Shown: one piece after another, positions 27,153 through 43,034 of the stretch
Layout: every line of letters starts with the position of its first letter
Position numbering within the stretch: position 1 is the first letter of the stretch
Source: Heptranchias perlo
Lineage: Eukaryota
DNA length: 64,000 nucleotides
Direction: 5' to 3'
Assembly (NCBI RefSeq): GCF_035084215.1
Contig: NC_090370.1
Span: 26,288,001-26,352,000 of the forward strand
The notes under the pieces: model-generated
Databases searched by the model: none
Seen by the model: the letters and a program-made list of their open reading frames with translations, nothing else
What the model was told of the DNA's origin: nothing
Translations under genes and position numbers: made by a program

Positions 27153-27930
27153 TCATCTGATTGGTTGTTCCTTATTACACCTCATTTGCCTATTTCATTA
27201 ACCAATCAGATAGCTGGAAATTCGAAGAGGGCGCGATTTACCGGCCTCAACGGTCAGACCAGGAATTTTATGAATTACAAAAAGCCCGCCAATTTCAGTG
27301 CAGTGAAGGATCGGATTTCGATCAATGTCGCCCTGAGCACAAGATTTTAAACCCGTTCTTTTTATCTTGTCTTATTCAGCGCTCCCCGTCACTAATCGCT
27401 CGCTCTGTTTTAAAATCTGCTTTAAATTATGGCTCATTCGACCATCGCTTTCAAACGCCACCGGACCGGACTAAAGCCCCATTCACAGCATTCCGTGAAA
27501 GGACACATTTGAATTTAGTGTTTAGAAAAGTGAAACGTTACAGATTGGTCCCTTCTCAGAGCCGGGAGTGCTTCTGTGAAAAGAGGGACCCGGACAGAGC
27601 TCTCATTCTGCCCCGATTCCGCTGTTACTACAAGGGGTGGGGTTACTGTTAATCTGGGGACTTTCACGTCAGTCCATAAATATTTCAGAAACTGCATTCA
27701 TAGAACGGAATTGCTGAGGGGGTCATAAAGGGGATGAGAGGCCAGAATAGTAATGCTTTAAGAACAAAACAAATAGGAAGGAGCGGATGATAAACTCGTG
27801 TTCATTTTTGGGGCCAGGGATTTGAACGGGGTCGTTCGAGTCACTTTTCGATTGGAATAATAATATTGCTGCAATAAAATGATCCTTAGTAATATATAGG
27901 AAATGCAGCTCTTTCAGAGAGGTTGTGGGT

Positions 27931-27946
27931 GGCTCTTAAAAGAGCC
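27931..27946 (-). terminator. Histone stem-loop (H2B, minus strand)
   Basis: Reverse complement GGCTCTTTTAAGAGCC; HDE GAAAGAGCTG. Confidence 0.95.
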
Positions 27947-27976
27947 GTTGTTTTTTTTTCACTTCATTGTGGAGTT

Positions 27977-28351
27977 TTACTTGGAGCTGGTGTATTTGGT
28001 CACCGCCTTTGTCCCTTCTGACACGGCGTGCTTGGCCAGTTCCCCAGGCAGCAGCAGGCGCACGGCGGTCTGGATCTCCCGGGAGCTGATAGTCGCCCGC
28101 TTGTTGTAATGGGCCAGGCGGGAAGCCTCACCTGCGATGCGCTCGAAAATATCGGTCACAAAGGAGTTCATGATGCTCATGGCCTTGGAGGAGATGCCGG
28201 TGTCGGGGTGAACCTGCTTCATCACTTTGTAGATGTAGATGGAGTAACTCTCTTTCCTCGACTTTCTCCGCTTCTTGCCGCCTTTGGCTGGTGCTTTACT
28301 CAAGGTTTTCTTGGCGCCCTTCTTGGGAGCTGCTTTCTTGTCCTCAGGCAT
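27977..28351 (-). CDS. H2B: Histone H2B, second copy, 124 aa
   Basis: [27 protein letters not shown]...AVTKYTSSK. Confidence 0.97.
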   Translation of the reverse strand: MPEDKKAAPKKGAKKTLSKAPAKGGKKRRKSRKESYSIYIYKVMKQVHPDTGISSKAMSIMNSFVTDIFERIAGEASRLAHYNKRATISSREIQTAVRLLLPGELAKHAVSEGTKAVTKYTSSK

Positions 28352-28809
28352 TTTCAAACTCAATTTCAGACCCAGAAATGACCCAAATCCGCTCCGAGCT
28401 CGGATTAAATAGGCAGCCCCACAGCCCTATGGTAATGAAGGATGGGGGAAGCTAATGATTGTGATTGGGTCATTGGGAGTGAGGTCATAATAATTATTAA
28501 CTGTAACTCTCTGATTGGTTTCTTCAAATATCCAATCAGATTTAATAACTGCCACCAATCACAAACACGCTCACACTGCACATTGTCCGGTTTCAGCAAT
28601 TTGTTCCGAACTGTTGCAGTTCTGCTTCCGGCCAGTAGATGTCCCCAAACCCCGGGACAGCGAAGTTTGCAGATGAGAGAGGGACAGAACAGAAACTAAT
28701 TCTTCACATTATATTGCACGAGTGGGATTTAGAAAAACTGGGAATGAAGACGAGCTGCAAGTACATTCTGTTGGACCAAACATTAGTTGTAATGCTGTGT
28801 TAAATTCTT

Positions 28810-29757
28810 GTAATTAATTTAGGGGATGCAGCCTACACTGAGGAAGAATGCGACAAAATACAAGAAGAATTAATAAGCTTGCCGAAAGGCGGTGTAAATG
28901 GCCATTGAATTTCCATATAGAAAGGTGTGAGGTGGTGCATTTTGCTTGGGGGAATAAGGAGGCCACATACTGCTTGGAAAATAAGAGTCTAAATGGGGTA
29001 AAAGAGCAAAGGGATTTCGGGGTACAGATTGACAAATCATTAAAAGTAGCAGCACAGGATGATAATGCCATAAAAAGCGAACAAAGCACTGGGGTTTATT
29101 TCTAGCGGAATAGAATTGAAAAGCAAATAAGTTATGTTGAACTGTAATTTAAACTGTCAAACCTTCTGTCAAACTGTTTTATTATATTTTCGGTTTCTGG
29201 ATGTTTTTCTGTTGCATCATTGAGTAAAAGATTCCATGATCAATCCAACCACCGACCTTTAGTTAACTGGTCTATAGTTCCCTGGACTTGTTTTATCACC
29301 TGATTTAAAATGTAAGAATCAGATTCGCTGTCATCCAGTCCTCTGGCACTATTCCTTTTTGTGATGATTTTTTCCTATATATGTAACAATGCCTCTGCTA
29401 TCTCTATCCTTGCTTCATTTAATATGCACAGATGCAATCTCTCTGGACCAGGAGTTGAACCATGCTTTCTAACTTAAATGCCTTGATATCTTTATTGACC
29501 TCTTCCTCTAACGTATTCACCCTGTTAATCTCCCGGGTAAATACTGAGACAAAGTAACAATTCAATATTTCTGCCATTTCGCTGACGTTATCTGTGAGTT
29601 TATCTCGTGCATCACTTTGTGGCACTCAAGATATTCTGATTTTCCTTTTGATATTTTTGTGTCAGTGGAATAATTTACTATTTCTTTTTATATTCCTTGA
29701 TAATTTGATTTCCTGGTTCCTGTTTGCTTCCCTAATTGTTTTGGTGACTTCTTCCGA
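28810..29757. mobile_element. Old CR1 fragments (mirror of 7990-8980)
   Basis: KWPLNFHIERCEVVHF (+), EMAEILNCYFVSVFT (-). Confidence 0.8.
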
Positions 29758-30276
29758 ACACTACAGGAAGGATGTGATCGCTTTGGAGAGGGTGCAGAGG
29801 AGATTCACCAGGATGTTACCAGGGCTGGAGCGCTTCAGCGATGAAGAGAGACTGGGAAGATTGGGTTTGTTTTCCTTGGAGCAGAGGAGGCTGAGGGGGG
29901 ACAAGATTGAGGTGTACAAAATTATGAGGGGCACAGATAGGATGGATACTAAGGAGCTTTTTCCCTTCGTTGAGGGTTCTATAACAAGGGGACATAGATT
30001 CAAGTTAAAAGGCGGGAGGTTTAGAGGGGATTTGAGAAAGAACTTTTTCACCCAGAGGGTGGTTGGAGTCTGGAACTCACTGCCTGAAAGGGTTGTGGAG
30101 GCAGGAACCCTCACAACATTCAAGAAGCATTTGGATGAGCACTTGAAATGCCATAGCATACAAGGCTATGGACCAAATGCTGGAATATGGGATTAGAGTA
30201 GACAGAGCTGATGGCCGGCGCGGACACGATGGGCCGAAGGGCCTCTATCCGTGCTGTATAACTCTATGACTATGAC
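29758..30276 (+). mobile_element. Young 5'-truncated CR1 LINE
   Basis: HYRKDVIALERVQRRFTRMLPGL...GYGPNAGIWD; tail CTCTATGACTATGA; empty site at ~7995-8005 (reverse complement CCGAAC|CTCTTCC). Confidence 0.92.
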
Positions 30277-30469
30277 TCTTCCTATTCGCTTTTGCCATCC
30301 TCTTATTTAATATCTATAAATGAGAAATTCCACCAGCTTGTTGTGTCTGTTCAGGGACTGATGTTTGGGAACTATTTATTGTCTATGATTAAAGTGCCAG
30401 AAACCCAAAGGGAGCAATTCAGTCCGAAACTCCACAGAAACACTCGACTTCTCCCTCCTGGTGAAATAA

Positions 30470-30537
30470 GGCGCTAGAATGGTGAGTATAGCTGCCTTCC
30501 AAGCAGTTAATTCCAACAGGTTTGAATCCCAGCATGC
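30470..30537 (+). pseudogene. Degenerate tRNA-Gly(TCC) remnant (mirror of 7740-7808)
   Basis: TGGTGAGTATAGCTGCCTTCCAAGCAGTT. Confidence 0.7.
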
Positions 30538-31294
30538 TGAATTCAGAAACACCAAGACTGGAACTGAATTTGATGATGTTCAGAGGGACAGTGTTTCCAA
30601 AACACAAACGGGTCTAATTCATGTAAAAATAATTCTAAAATTCATTTATTTCCCCCATATCGTTGAATTTAACTCTGTTCCTTTGTATTATTATTTGCCC
30701 TGATCTGAATGGTGGATACGAGACACAATTGCTCGGATTCAGTGAAATTCATTGATTTTCTGAAGGTTTTCCGTCTGCTGATTCCCGTTCCTTATTTAAA
30801 TTATATCGGATTAACCTTTCTGATCTCTGGAAGGGTCATAGCCCTGAACCTTCAACCCGAGCTTCCCTTCTCCACAGATGCTGCTGGACCTGCTGAGTCT
30901 TTCCAGCATTTTCGGTTTTAAGTTTTTCTATAATTTGTCCCTTTCACTTTTGACGGTCGCCGTTCAAACTTCCAGATTTGCGCTCGGTTTTTATTTGTGT
31001 TTCAGTTCGGTTTATTTGGATTGATATAAATCGTGTCCTGAGAAATCAGACAGAAATATTGCGCAATGTAGAGTAAAATATAATGGAGCAACTTTCGAAT
31101 GAGCAAAACAAAAACTTTATTATGAATCAATTGTCCAATTTTTCACTGACAAAATATGAAAAAATACGAGAGTAGAAGTTACAGAGAGAAACTATTTCCT
31201 CACATTGCACATTGTCCTGAATCTGTGACAACGACAGATGATGTGAATTTGTTCCACTCTGTTACAGTTCTCACTTATGGCCAGTAGATGTCAG

Positions 31295-32810
31295 ATTGTA
31301 TCAGAGTGCGAGATTAATTCTCTGTCTGTCAGTCTCTGATACTGTACGTGAGAGTGGGATTCATTCTGTTTCTGTCAATCTCTGGTACTGTGTGTGAGTG
31401 TGGGATTCATTTGGTATCTGTCAATCTCTGGGTGCTGTCTGTGAGTGTGGGATTCATTCGGTATCTCTCAATCTCTGGTATTTTATCTCAGTATGGGATT
31501 CATTCTGTAACTCAGTCTCTGGGAAAAGTGCAAGTCTGGATTTGTTCTGTATTCTTATTTCAGGTTACAGTATGGTGCTTGAAACTGTGTCTTTAATTCA
31601 CAAATGTATGCAAATCTTTTGTCCGGCATTAATGTGTAAATATGGATACGCTTTTGGATTTTGTTTTAATCAAACAACGTGTGTGAGTTTTGCTGTGTGA
31701 TTGTATCTTAATCTCTGTGAAGATAATGTTCACTTCAACCTTTTACTGTGGAATTATTGGACTGGTATTTATTGTGTAGCTCAGTCTGGGCTAGTGGAAT
31801 TGATATTGTATGTTTCAGTCTGACACTGAATGAGATTTTTGGATTGGTGTGTTCGGTGTCGCTCAGTCTGTACTAATGGAATTGATACTGTACGTTTCAG
31901 TCTGACACTGAATGAGATTTTTGGACTGGTGTGTGATGTGTGGTTCTCCCTGTACCAATGGAATTGACACTCGAACTTTCAGTCAGACACAGCGAGGGAT
32001 TTTTGGACTGCTTTGTTATGTGTAGCTTAGACTACACTAAAAGGATTCATACTGTATGTTTCAGTATGATAATGTATGAGATTTTTGGACGATATATAAT
32101 GTGCAGCTCAGTCTGCACTAATGGAATTCATACTGTACCTTTCAGTCAGATACTGTGTAATATATTTAGACTGGTTTGTAAGGTGTAGTTCAGTCTACAC
32201 TAATGGAGTTGATACTGTGTATTTCAATTTGACACTGAATGTGACTTTTGGACTGGTATCTAATGTATACCTCAGTCTGCACTAATGGGATTGATACTGT
32301 ATCTTCCAGTCGAATACTGTGTGAGATTTTTATACTGATATGCAACGTGTAGGTCATTCTGTATTAATCACATCGACACTATATATTTCACAATAATACT
32401 GTACCAGATTTTTGGACAGGTATCTGTTGTGAACCTCTGTCTGCAATAAAGGAATTGACACTGTGCCTTTCATTTGACACAATGTGATTTTTGGACAGGT
32501 AACTAATGTGTACCTCAGTCTGCACTAATGGGATTGATACTGTATCTTCCAGTACGATACATTATGCGAATTTTGGACTGGTATATAATGTGGAGGTCAA
32601 TCTGCACTTATGGAATTGATACTGTATCTTTCAACCTGACACTGAGATTTTTGGACTGGTATGTGATGTGTTGCTCAGTCTGCACTCATGGGTTTGATAC
32701 TCTCTCTTTCAGTCTTATACTGTATGAGAATTTTGGACTGGTATCTAATGTGTACCTCAGTCTGCAGTGAATGAATTGAAACTGTACATTTCATTCTGAC
32801 ACTATGAAGT
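31295..32810. repeat. 46-bp and 78-82-bp satellites (mirror of 5400-6980)
   Basis: GATTTTTGGACTGG...CTCAGTCTGCACTAATGG units. Confidence 0.85.
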
Positions 32811-33899
32811 TTTTGGACATATATGTGAGTCAAAAATGGGTAACATCTGAACTGGTATCTAATTTGTATCTCAGTGTACAATAGTGGCATGAATACTGCA
32901 TCTTTAAACTCATAATGTGTGTGAGTTGTGGGCTGGTATTTAATTTGAATCTTGGAGCACACTATTGTGATTCATTCTGTACCTATCAATCAGTGCCATG
33001 TGTCAGTTCTATCTGGTATTTAATTTGTAGCTAAGGCTGAACTAAAGAGAGATTGACACAGTGCCTTTCAATCTGATACTGGGTGTGATTTTGGACTGGG
33101 AATTATTTATCTGCTGGTCAGCAGTACTGAGTCGTTGTGAAATGGAAATTACGTCTGTCTCTCCTGCTCTGTTTGAGTGTTGGATTGGGGTCAGTGTGCG
33201 ACTGACTATTTCCACTGTGGGACTGATGACCTGTCTGTGTCTCTGTGCTCTGTGAGTGATAATGTACTTACTGTGTGTGAGAAGGAGCTGGCTGCACTGA
33301 CTGCTCCTTGTGGCTCGGGTGGAATAAACATCACACTGATTCTGGGTCCTTCAAGGATTTGACTGCAGGAAGAAAAAGTATCTCTTGTAACTCAAGAACA
33401 GGTGAAGTGGAAAATGCAAAAGTGATCAATTGAATCTCTCCGTTAATAATCATTGTAATATCCACAAATGAAAACCAGCGATACAAACAGTGTCAGTGTC
33501 TGACTCCACTGCAGTACTGCAGCTCTCAGCTTCTGCACACCAGGTGTGTTGGGCTGTTTGACAATAATTTGGTGACATCCAGACACAACACAACCCCTGC
33601 ACTGATCCATGAATGGCACTACCCGATGGGGCAGGGACCTTTGTGCAGGTCAGGTTTCTAATACCCTCTACCATGGAACTAACCGTTCAACCGAAACATA
33701 ACAGCCGCTATTTAAAATGTGTTCACACTTGTCACCTGGTGCCTGCAATAGATGCTCTTTGGAAAACTCCCGATATCCTGACTGTCCGGCTCTGTTTCCA
33801 CTGTTCACTGTCCAATCACAATAAACAGGGTGAGACTGGAACTAAACCAGGAACAATTCACCACTGGTTTTGGAGAGAAAGCAGCAATGATTTCAAACA

Positions 33900-34320
33900 A
33901 CCTGCTCTTCCCATTCTGTCTCCCTCACCCTGGACACACCCTGTGCACACACAGCCGGAGAATGCCCTCTCCCTTCCCCCGCTCATTCCATGTTCCGGGA
34001 CCAGTTCCTGATCCACTCCGCCTCTTACAAACAGCCCCCGGACTCAATGCCGATCTCTGAGCCCATCTGCGGACACGGTCCCGAAGCGATGAGCTGCTGT
34101 AACGAGGCTGCTCTTTGCTCCCTTCCCCCGGGGGCCGTGATCTCTCCATTCCCGGCTGATTTTAACCATCTTCTTCCGCTCACTGAGGAAATGGCGCCCA
34201 CAGGCCGAGCTGGGGGAGGGGAGCGCGCATGCGCTCTTCTGCTCACCAGCAAGCAGCGCTGGGGGCGGGGCTGAATCACGCATGCGCAGATATCTGGTGT
34301 AATTCGCAATACCAAAATCG
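33900..34320. promoter_or_regulatory. Second copy of the CpG/NRF1-motif island
   Basis: Near-identical to 18600-19000; GCGCATGCGC at 34225-34234. Confidence 0.55.
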
Positions 34321-36243
34321 GTGGAAACTTTCCCCAATTGGAATTTTTCAGAGTCTGAGCAAAGGAAGTGGGGGAAAGGTCAGAGGGAATGGGGTCCACA
34401 GGCAGTGCAGGAACAGGCAGCAGAATGGGAAACAGATGGGATTCCACCGGTGCCGATCGCTGGAATCCAGACTGACTTTACAATCTCTCACTATTCAACT
34501 GGATGTTTCCATCCCTGCTGTTTCTCTCGGTATCTTTTTATGGTAAAGGGGCAATCAGAGATAACGTGGACGGCTGTGAAATGAGCCAATGGGTTCTGTT
34601 TATTCTTGGTCCCTTTACTGATAAAGTAACGCGTGAACCCGAAACTAGAGGGAGGATTTCTCAAACCAATCCTGGAGGAACATGGGAGGAAAGCGGGAAT
34701 CGGTGTATTTGCTGGGACTGTGTAGGATTAATATCAGACAGCAACAGTCCCAGATTAATATAATCAGAGTGAAACTCTCGGCCACTGAGATTAATAACGA
34801 ACGGACCTGATCTGCAAAACCGAATATGGTACAACAGGCAAGAGAGGGTTACATTCGGCCCACATTGTTTTGTCACTCTCTGTACTGTCCCTGAGTGTGG
34901 GATTAATAGTGTGTCCGTCTCTGGTACATCAGTGAGAGATAAGAATGCATCTTCTGTCTCTCCAACGGGATTTTCTGGATAAAACGCAACTTTACAGGTC
35001 GGTCTGGAACTGATACTGTGGCACTGTGCTTCTCCGCTCGCTCTGTCACCGTATCTGTCTCCCTTTCTCTCTCACTCTCTGGTGCTGTATATGAAGGTTG
35101 GATACAGTTATTGAGGGTGATATGAACACACTGATAGGAAGTGTAAGACTGACAGTCTCTCTCTCAAGTGCTGGACATGAAGGTGGGATACTGTCTGATA
35201 TAAAACAGAGAGAATGGGGTGTCCGAGCCTCACTGTAACTGGGGATGTGTTCGGCTCCACTCCCAGTTCATGGTCATTTTCTTTTCACAGATTCAGGGCG
35301 AGAGTCTCTGTGAGACGGTAACACTGGCGGAGAAACTCCGCGTCATAACTCAAACCCCAACATATGAGATTCTCCAAATGAGCTAGAATAAGGTGTTTGT
35401 AAAACGCTGAACCCGTCTGGGAGGGGATATGTGGGGAGATAGAATCGGGTGTGGGACTGAAATGGAAGGAGACGGTTTGACTTGTTATCGAAGGGACTGT
35501 ATTTCGGCAGGAATATTACTGCCTGTTAATTGTAACGGGTCTTATTTAAAAGCTCCGGGTTCCTGGGAATCCTTGAACATGAAGCCCGAGTCTGTAAGGG
35601 TTTGTGCGGACCGCTGTGTTTCGGTTCTATTATCAATAAACGGTTTGAAATTGGCGGGTGGAGAAAGCTGGAGGTGGAGCTGGAAGATCAGAGGCCGCTC
35701 TCTGCTCTGTCCATCACTCTGACTCCTCCCCTCCCGCCCTCTCTATTTGATCCCCATATGCAAACAACGCGGGTAGGTGGACTCGAAACACGGTTTACTC
35801 GTCAAGAAGGCGAAAGGCGAATAATATTTCTGATCTCCTGGGCACCAGGCCGTTCACTGTTATTTGTTTCTGTACAGAGTTACATTTCAGTGATTCCCCA
35901 GTGATTTTGATGAGTTATTTGAATAATCCAACAAAATAGAACAGAAACGGAGCGAAGCGCTGAATCCCGCAGATAAAGAAAGATTTGTCGAGCAGTTCTG
36001 GTGATGCTTTACGAGCCCAGCATGGCAAGTAGTTTAAATAAATACAACAAATCTGGTGATGTGTGGACTGGGGTCCATAAGTTACCGTTTAAAGTATCGG
36101 AATGTGGTCGGTGCCCCGACTCCAGTCCCATTAATACCTCATCTCGTCCACAACGAGAAAAAAGCAGCTCAAAGCAACACTGGTAGCATGATATCAGCGT
36201 CTCCCTTCAGACAGTAACCAGCCCTTTCATAGATACAGTGGGT

Positions 36244-36638
<395 letters not shown>

Positions 36639-37236
36639 TTCCACAATCTCACAAACACTTTCACAAAGAATGAAGAAATCCTCCCCAACTCGCCCTTCTT
36701 ATACCTTCTGGAGGATTACAATGGGGCCACTTTTGATCAGTCTCTCTCGGAGTGTTTACATTGCCCCCTCACGCTCACTGATATTCTATCTTTCAACTGA
36801 TGTAATATTGTCCTTTAGCAATATTGCTACTCCTCCTCCTTTCCCTACTTCTCTGTCCTTTCTAACGATCTTATAGACTTGAATATTAAGCTGCCATTTG
36901 TGCCCAGTTGGTAGTCAGGTCACCAGAATGATTTAATGAAATTACTTAATATTAAACAATGGCTGATGTGAGTTGCGGCAAAGTGTATTTCCAGCTGGTC
37001 AAGTATTGCAGGGATCGACGATCTCTTCAGTCCGATATCAGGTGAAGAATTACTGGCTGTTGTGTAATTTCCATTGATTGAGGCTTGGCGTCATCTACTG
37101 GGCGGAAACGGGAACTGCAACAGAGCGAGAAAGGATCCGTCAGAAACCAGTGCAAATGAAGAAAAAAATGTAACAGCCTGCAGTGGATGTTCAGGATCTG
37201 ATGGTTGGGAACCATTTTATTGATAATTTTTTTTCG

Positions 37237-37307
37237 GCGATGGTGGTATAGTGGTGAGTACAGCTGCCTTCCAGCAGTTGATCCGGGTTCGATTCCCGGC
37301 CATCGCA
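37237..37307 (+). tRNA. tRNA-Gly(TCC)-like gene with a 1-nt anticodon-loop deletion (probable pseudogene)
   Basis: GCGATGGTGGTATAGTGGTGAGTACAGCTGCCTTCCA-GCAGTTGATCCGGGTTCGATTCCCGGCCATCGCA; A and B boxes intact; T6 at 37325-37330. Confidence 0.85.
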
Positions 37308-37481
37308 ATTCAACGTTCATCCGCTTTTTTCAGGAAACTCTAAGTTTGCAGTTCAGCTGGATTTTGTTCCCCAAACACAAACTGGTATAATTGGAGTGAA
37401 ATGTTTTCAACAATGATTTATTTTCCCAGCAGAAGGAATGGAGGAAAAACATAATAGAAATAGTGAGTTACCAAGGGTCCA

Positions 37482-38410
37482 ATGAGAGTGAGGAAGGCAA
37501 ATAAAATATTCGTCTTCATTGCAAGGGTGTTGGAATATAAGAGTAAGGAGGACTTGCTGCAGTTTTACTGTGAGGAGATAGTGTGTAAAATTGGCCTACA
37601 TTCGCTGGAGTTTAGAAGAAAGAGAGGTGATCACATTGCAATGTATACAATTCTTCGACGGCTTGACAGTGTAGATGCTGAGAGGCTGATTCCCCTGGCT
37701 GGAGAGTCAAGAACTAGAGGTCATAGTCTCAAGATAAGGACATGAGGAAAAAAATCTTCACTCAAAGGGTTGTGAATCTTCGGAATTCTCTCACCCACAG
37801 GACTTTGGACGCTCAGTCGTTGAGTATATTGAAGTCTGAGATCGATCGAGTTTTGGATTTTAGGGGAATCAAGGTATATGGTGATCGGGCGGGAAAGTGG
37901 AGTTGAGGTTGAAGATCAGCCATGGTCTGATTGAATGGCGGAACAGGCTCAAGGGGCCGTTGGGCCGACTCCTGCTCCTATTTGTTCTGTTCTTGTGCAG
38001 AGAACCTTATAACCCAGTGTGCTGACGAAACTAAATTTGGTGGCACAGTAAGCATTATAGATGGGAGCAGAAAGTTGCAAAGGGACATTGATAGTATAAG
38101 TGAGTGGGCAAGACAGTGGCAGATGGAGTTCAACGTGGCAAAGTGTGAGGTCATCCACTTTGAACCTTAAAAAGATAGATCAGAGTATTTTCTAAATGGC
38201 AAGAAGCAAGGAACTGTGGGGGAGGAGAGAGATTTAGGGGTCCAAGTACAGAATTCACTAAAAATATAAGGTAAAATGGAGATCAAATTTTGATCTTTAT
38301 CTCAAGGGAAATGGAATAAAAAGGAGTGGAAGTTATGTCACAGTTATACAGAGCTCTGGTTAGACCTCATTTCGAGAACTGTGTTCAGTTCTGGGCACCG
38401 CACTCTCCTT
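37482..38410 (+). mobile_element. Degenerate CR1 fragments (two pieces)
   Basis: VRKANKIFVFIARVLEYKS; ADETKFGG...WQMEFNVAKCEVIHF. Confidence 0.85.
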
Positions 38411-39289
38411 AATGGCTTGCACTGTGAAAGGGTTTTTCTCTTTGGGATTCTATGCAATGGGAGGGAATAGGAAAGGGTTTGGTCTGTTTGGATTTTTTTC
38501 CAGTGGCAGTGAATGAGAAGGGGTTTGGTCCATTGGGATTCCTTCTGCGTGCTCTTGCATTGATACGGAGACCTGCATGTTGCCAAATTGTTTTGTGTTT
38601 AACTTTGTGCCCCCTCGTTTGAACCCAAAAAAGAAAAGCATAAATGTAATGGAACATGGAAAGGAAATTCGTCAGACATCAGGTTATCAGCGGAGCTTAT
38701 AGGGCAGGTAACTGCTTGCCAGAGAATGCTGAGCCGGTTTGGCAAGATTAGCTCACTCCCATTAAATGGGTACGGTCACAAAACAAACCCAGGAAAATCA
38801 AATGAACCATAACTGGACATTAAGTAAGAAAAGGGCAAATATTTATTTCATAACGAGATGAAATGTCACGGGCAGTTTTGTGGTCAGAACTTGTGATTGC
38901 GTGACGTTGATTGGTTGAATGTTGGACTGAAGTTTACATTCACGTTTTTATTCGGTAATTTCCGTTGGGCAGATGACAGACAGTCATTTCATTCTGTGGA
39001 GCGATGACCTTGTTCCAGTGGAATAGTCATTCTGTTAGGTTTAGTGTTTCCGAGCATCAACCAGGACGCGCCCTTCCTCGCCGCCAAAGCCACGGTGAGT
39101 GGTGCTGGTCTGGGCCCAGTATCACGGGGAAAGGAGTCAGGGGCGGCTTAATTACCAAACCTTAATTCCGCAAAATTGATCATTTTATAACAAAACAAAG
39201 AAGTTCAAAAACACAGTTCTAAAACCCATCCACATCCGACAATAAAACCAACATGTGTGAGTACGTCGTCTGCAACAGGAAGTTCGAGA

Positions 39290-41418
<2,129 letters not shown>

Positions 41419-41429
41419 TTCTACATTGT

Positions 41430-41960
41430 ACGGTCAGTGTCTGTTCAGCAAACCGGCTCTGAACTCCTCAGTCTGCATTTCGAGAAACGGTTCTGTGCGC
41501 GACGCGGGCAATAAAACACTGAACGACGCCCGGCGACTAATGGCGGCCGCCGGCCCCACAATCCGCCGCGCCCCAGAAACCCCTCTATCTCTCCAAGGCG
41601 ATGCATTTCCGCTCAGACGGCGCAAGCTCCCCAGGCCCGCCCCGCGTTCTGGGAGCGCCTCTGCCCTGTCTCTTGTCTCGAGTCGGACTCGGTGGAAACG
41701 GGAGATGAAATCGGGAAGCGGCGGGTTGGACTTGTGAGGCGTTGGGTGATCGGTTTAATGGTGCCCGGCCCCCCCGGCACGCCCGTCCGCCGGGTCCCCC
41801 TGCTCTGATTCGGGGCCTGAGCCGCACTCGGTGTTGCGGAGACTCCGCTCAGTGTGAATGCAGGTTATTGTTGATCTGCCACCGTTGGCCTCAGCTTTGC
41901 CGGAGAGAATCAGCCAGAGACGGCGGCTGCCGATGGTCGAAATACCGGCAGTTCACTGCA
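41430..41960. promoter_or_regulatory. CpG-rich island with YY1-like AATGGCGG
   Basis: High CpG density; no associated gene visible. Confidence 0.4.
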
Positions 41961-42124
41961 TAGGCTCACAAGTGCAGAATTACCACTTGGCCTAATACTG
42001 GAGGGCAGACAGTGACTGGGGCCGAACCCCACCATCACGCTGCACCTTCAGGAGAGAAAGGCAGAAAATTAGAGCCTGCGATGAATCTGGATTTCAAACA
42101 GTGAGGACGTGTCAAGGAGGTAGA

Positions 42125-42420
42125 GTGTGTGTGGGGGATTTACAGCTTAATAGGAGCAAGGAGGGAGAGTGTGGGACGGGGGATTTACAGATTAATAGGA
42201 GCAAGGAGTGAGCGTGTGGGACGGGGGATTTACAGATTAATAGGAGCAAGGAGGGAGAGTGTGGGACGGGGGATTTACAGCTTAACAGGAGGAAGGAGGG
42301 AGAGTGTGTGGGACGGGGGATTTACAGCTTAATAGGTGCAAGGTGGGAGACTGTGGGACGGTGGATTTGCAGATTAATAGGAACAAAGAGGGAGAGTGTG
42401 GGACGGGGGATTTGCATCTT
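42125..42420. repeat. ~45-bp minisatellite
   Basis: GTGGGACGGGGGATTTACAG(A/C)TTAATAGGAGCAAGGAGGGAGAGT x~6. Confidence 0.85.
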
Positions 42421-42519
42421 CTTGGGACTATGGAGAAAATAATGTTCCACACAAACTGAAACTGTCTGTTCTGAATTTCGATCCTGCACTTACAGTGACC
42501 ACTTATGTAAATTATGAGA

Positions 42520-42950
42520 ATCGATGCATAGACTCGGCTTGTCTTCACTTGAATATACAAGATTAATGGGTGATCGAATTGTGGTGTTTCAGGTGATTAA
42601 AGGATTTGATAGGGTAGATACAGAGAAACTATTTTCTGTGTTGGGAGAGTCTGGAACAAGGGGGAATCACCTTAAAATTAGAGCTGGGCCGTTGAGGGGT
42701 GATGTCAGAAGGAATTCTTCACACAAAGGGTAGTGGAAATCTGGAACTCTCCTCACTCCAAAATGCTGTTAAGGCTGGGGGTCAATTAAAAATTTGAAAA
42801 TTGAGATTGATAGATTTTTGTTTGGCCAGGGTATTATGATTTATGATACCAAGCCAGGCAGATAGAGTTAAGATACAGATCAGCCATGGTCTAATTGAAT
42901 GACGGAACAGTCTCGTGGAGCGGTGTGGCCTGCTCCTATTCCTATGTTTC
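42520..42950 (+). mobile_element. CR1 3' fragment
   Basis: HRLGLSSLEYTRLMGD...; GATCAGCCATG 3' UTR. Confidence 0.8.
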
Positions 42951-43034
42951 CAGATGCAGCCACCCGCAATAAGGTTGTGGATGACAAGGGCCTTGTTCAC
43001 AAGTGAACGGACATCTGGAGGGAGATGCGGAGAG

